Part shown: in pieces, positions 62,940 to 64,000 of the stretch
How the letters are laid out: each line of letters starts with the position of its first letter
How positions within the stretch are numbered: the first letter of the stretch is position 1
NCBI GenBank assembly: GCA_043228905.1
Contig: JBHGNT010000015.1
Coordinates: 4,898,001-4,962,000 of the forward strand
Length of the DNA stretch: 64,000 bases
Source of the DNA: Azolla caroliniana
Lineage: Eukaryota; Plantae; Polypodiophyta
Reading direction: 5' to 3'
Notes under the pieces: generated by a model
Database searches by the model: none
The model's input: only the letters and a program-made list of their open reading frames with translations
What the model was told of the DNA's origin: nothing
Translations under genes and position numbers: made by a program

Positions 62940-63119
62940 TTTTGATATAGAGATTTTGATTATGTTGGCTATTTTGACAACAGAAAATCTACAACTAATA
63001 TACTTTTTCAGTTTATGGGAGGTGTCCATATCTTGGAGATCTCGTCTCCAAGAGTATATTGCTCTGTCTAGTACAGAAGCAGAGTATTGTTGGAGCTAGT
63101 GAGGAATCTAAGGAAGTGG
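62940..63119 (+). mobile_element. Copia RNase H fragment
   Basis: ISWRSRLQEYIALSSTEAEY; inverted homolog of 57700-57800. Confidence 0.7.
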
Positions 63120-63569
63120 TGTCGTGAGAATCCGTCACTATGTGCGGATCGTGAGATGGAACCGCCGGGGTTATGGACTGGAAGGAATTAGTACACACAC
63201 ACAACACAAGCAAGATTCACATATAAGACAAGTAGATGAGAGGAAACATACGTTTACTGCAAAAGAAATCGATTCTTGATAAACTTAGAATCATGTTACA
63301 ATGGATTGGATATGAAAATGAGAGATAAATCTTTTAAAGAAAGGAGCCAACAACCATATAAGGAGTGGTCCGATATGAATAAGAGAGATTATTCATGAAA
63401 GGAAGGAGCCAACAAACCTGTAAGGAGTGGTTCGATATCAATATAAGAGATTATTCTTCCACACGGAATTGGAGAGAGAAGAAGAGAATGGAAAAAAAAA
63501 CTAGAGGGAAAAAATGGGACATATATTGAGCTCTTTGTTGATCCCCCTTCCCAATGTTAATTTGCATGT

Positions 63570-63670
63570 CCACTTTTAGTTGGATGGCCTCTACTTTTAG
63601 TTGCATGCTTCCATTTTTAGTTGCATGCCTTTTACTTTTAGTTGCATGGCCTTGGCTTTTAGTTGCATGC
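63570..63670. repeat. About 21-bp tandem repeat with TTTTAGTTGCATG core
   Basis: Five spaced copies of TTTTAGTTG(C/G)ATG. Confidence 0.8.
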
Positions 63671-64000
63671 GACCATATGTATAATTCAGCCAAATGACCT
63701 AATCATCCATAAAGTTTAGCCCGTGCACAATCCGTACGTGTGTCCTATCCAAGTTGTGCGTCACAAATCGCTGAGCCGCGTGCCTATCCGAACTGTGCAC
63801 GCACCAAGCCGTGTGTCGCGAACCGCCGAGCCACGCGTCCATCCGAGGTCGTGCACGCGCGCCTCCGCCCAAAAATGTCCACGCTGCCGTGCATGCCCAA
63901 AAACGTGCATACGCACGTGTGTCCAAAACGTCCACGCCACACAATTTAGCCCAAGTCACCTTGAACATTGTCTGCTCCACACATCAATATAATGAATAGG

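Overview
Land-plant nuclear DNA made almost entirely of nested LTR retrotransposons around a small cluster of ERD4/OSCA3 (CSC1-like channel) paralogs. Bases 1-21320 are a three-level nest. A decayed minus-strand Ty1/copia is split in its protease by a chromodomain Ty3/gypsy (3048-19928, TSD ATATT, LTRs ending TA). That element's 3' LTR is split by a very young non-chromovirus gypsy (9644-19494, TSD ATATC, apparently identical 420-bp LTRs) carrying gag-pol plus a large extra coiled-coil ORF. Bases 23909-48875 hold two convergent ERD4/OSCA3-like genes: a heavily broken plus-strand pseudogene, and a minus-strand 7-exon copy whose only frame-breaking lesion is a 1-nt deletion and whose intron 3 holds a copia with an aberrant end structure. 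Bases 49-64 kb are scrambled copia relics, Tcn1/Tf1-like chromovirus relics with an 11-nt self-priming signature and heat-shock-element-rich LTRs, a spliced Sola2-like DDE transposase relic and a third ERD4 intron fragment. All comparisons were made by eye; lineage names come from recalled motifs and need database confirmation.
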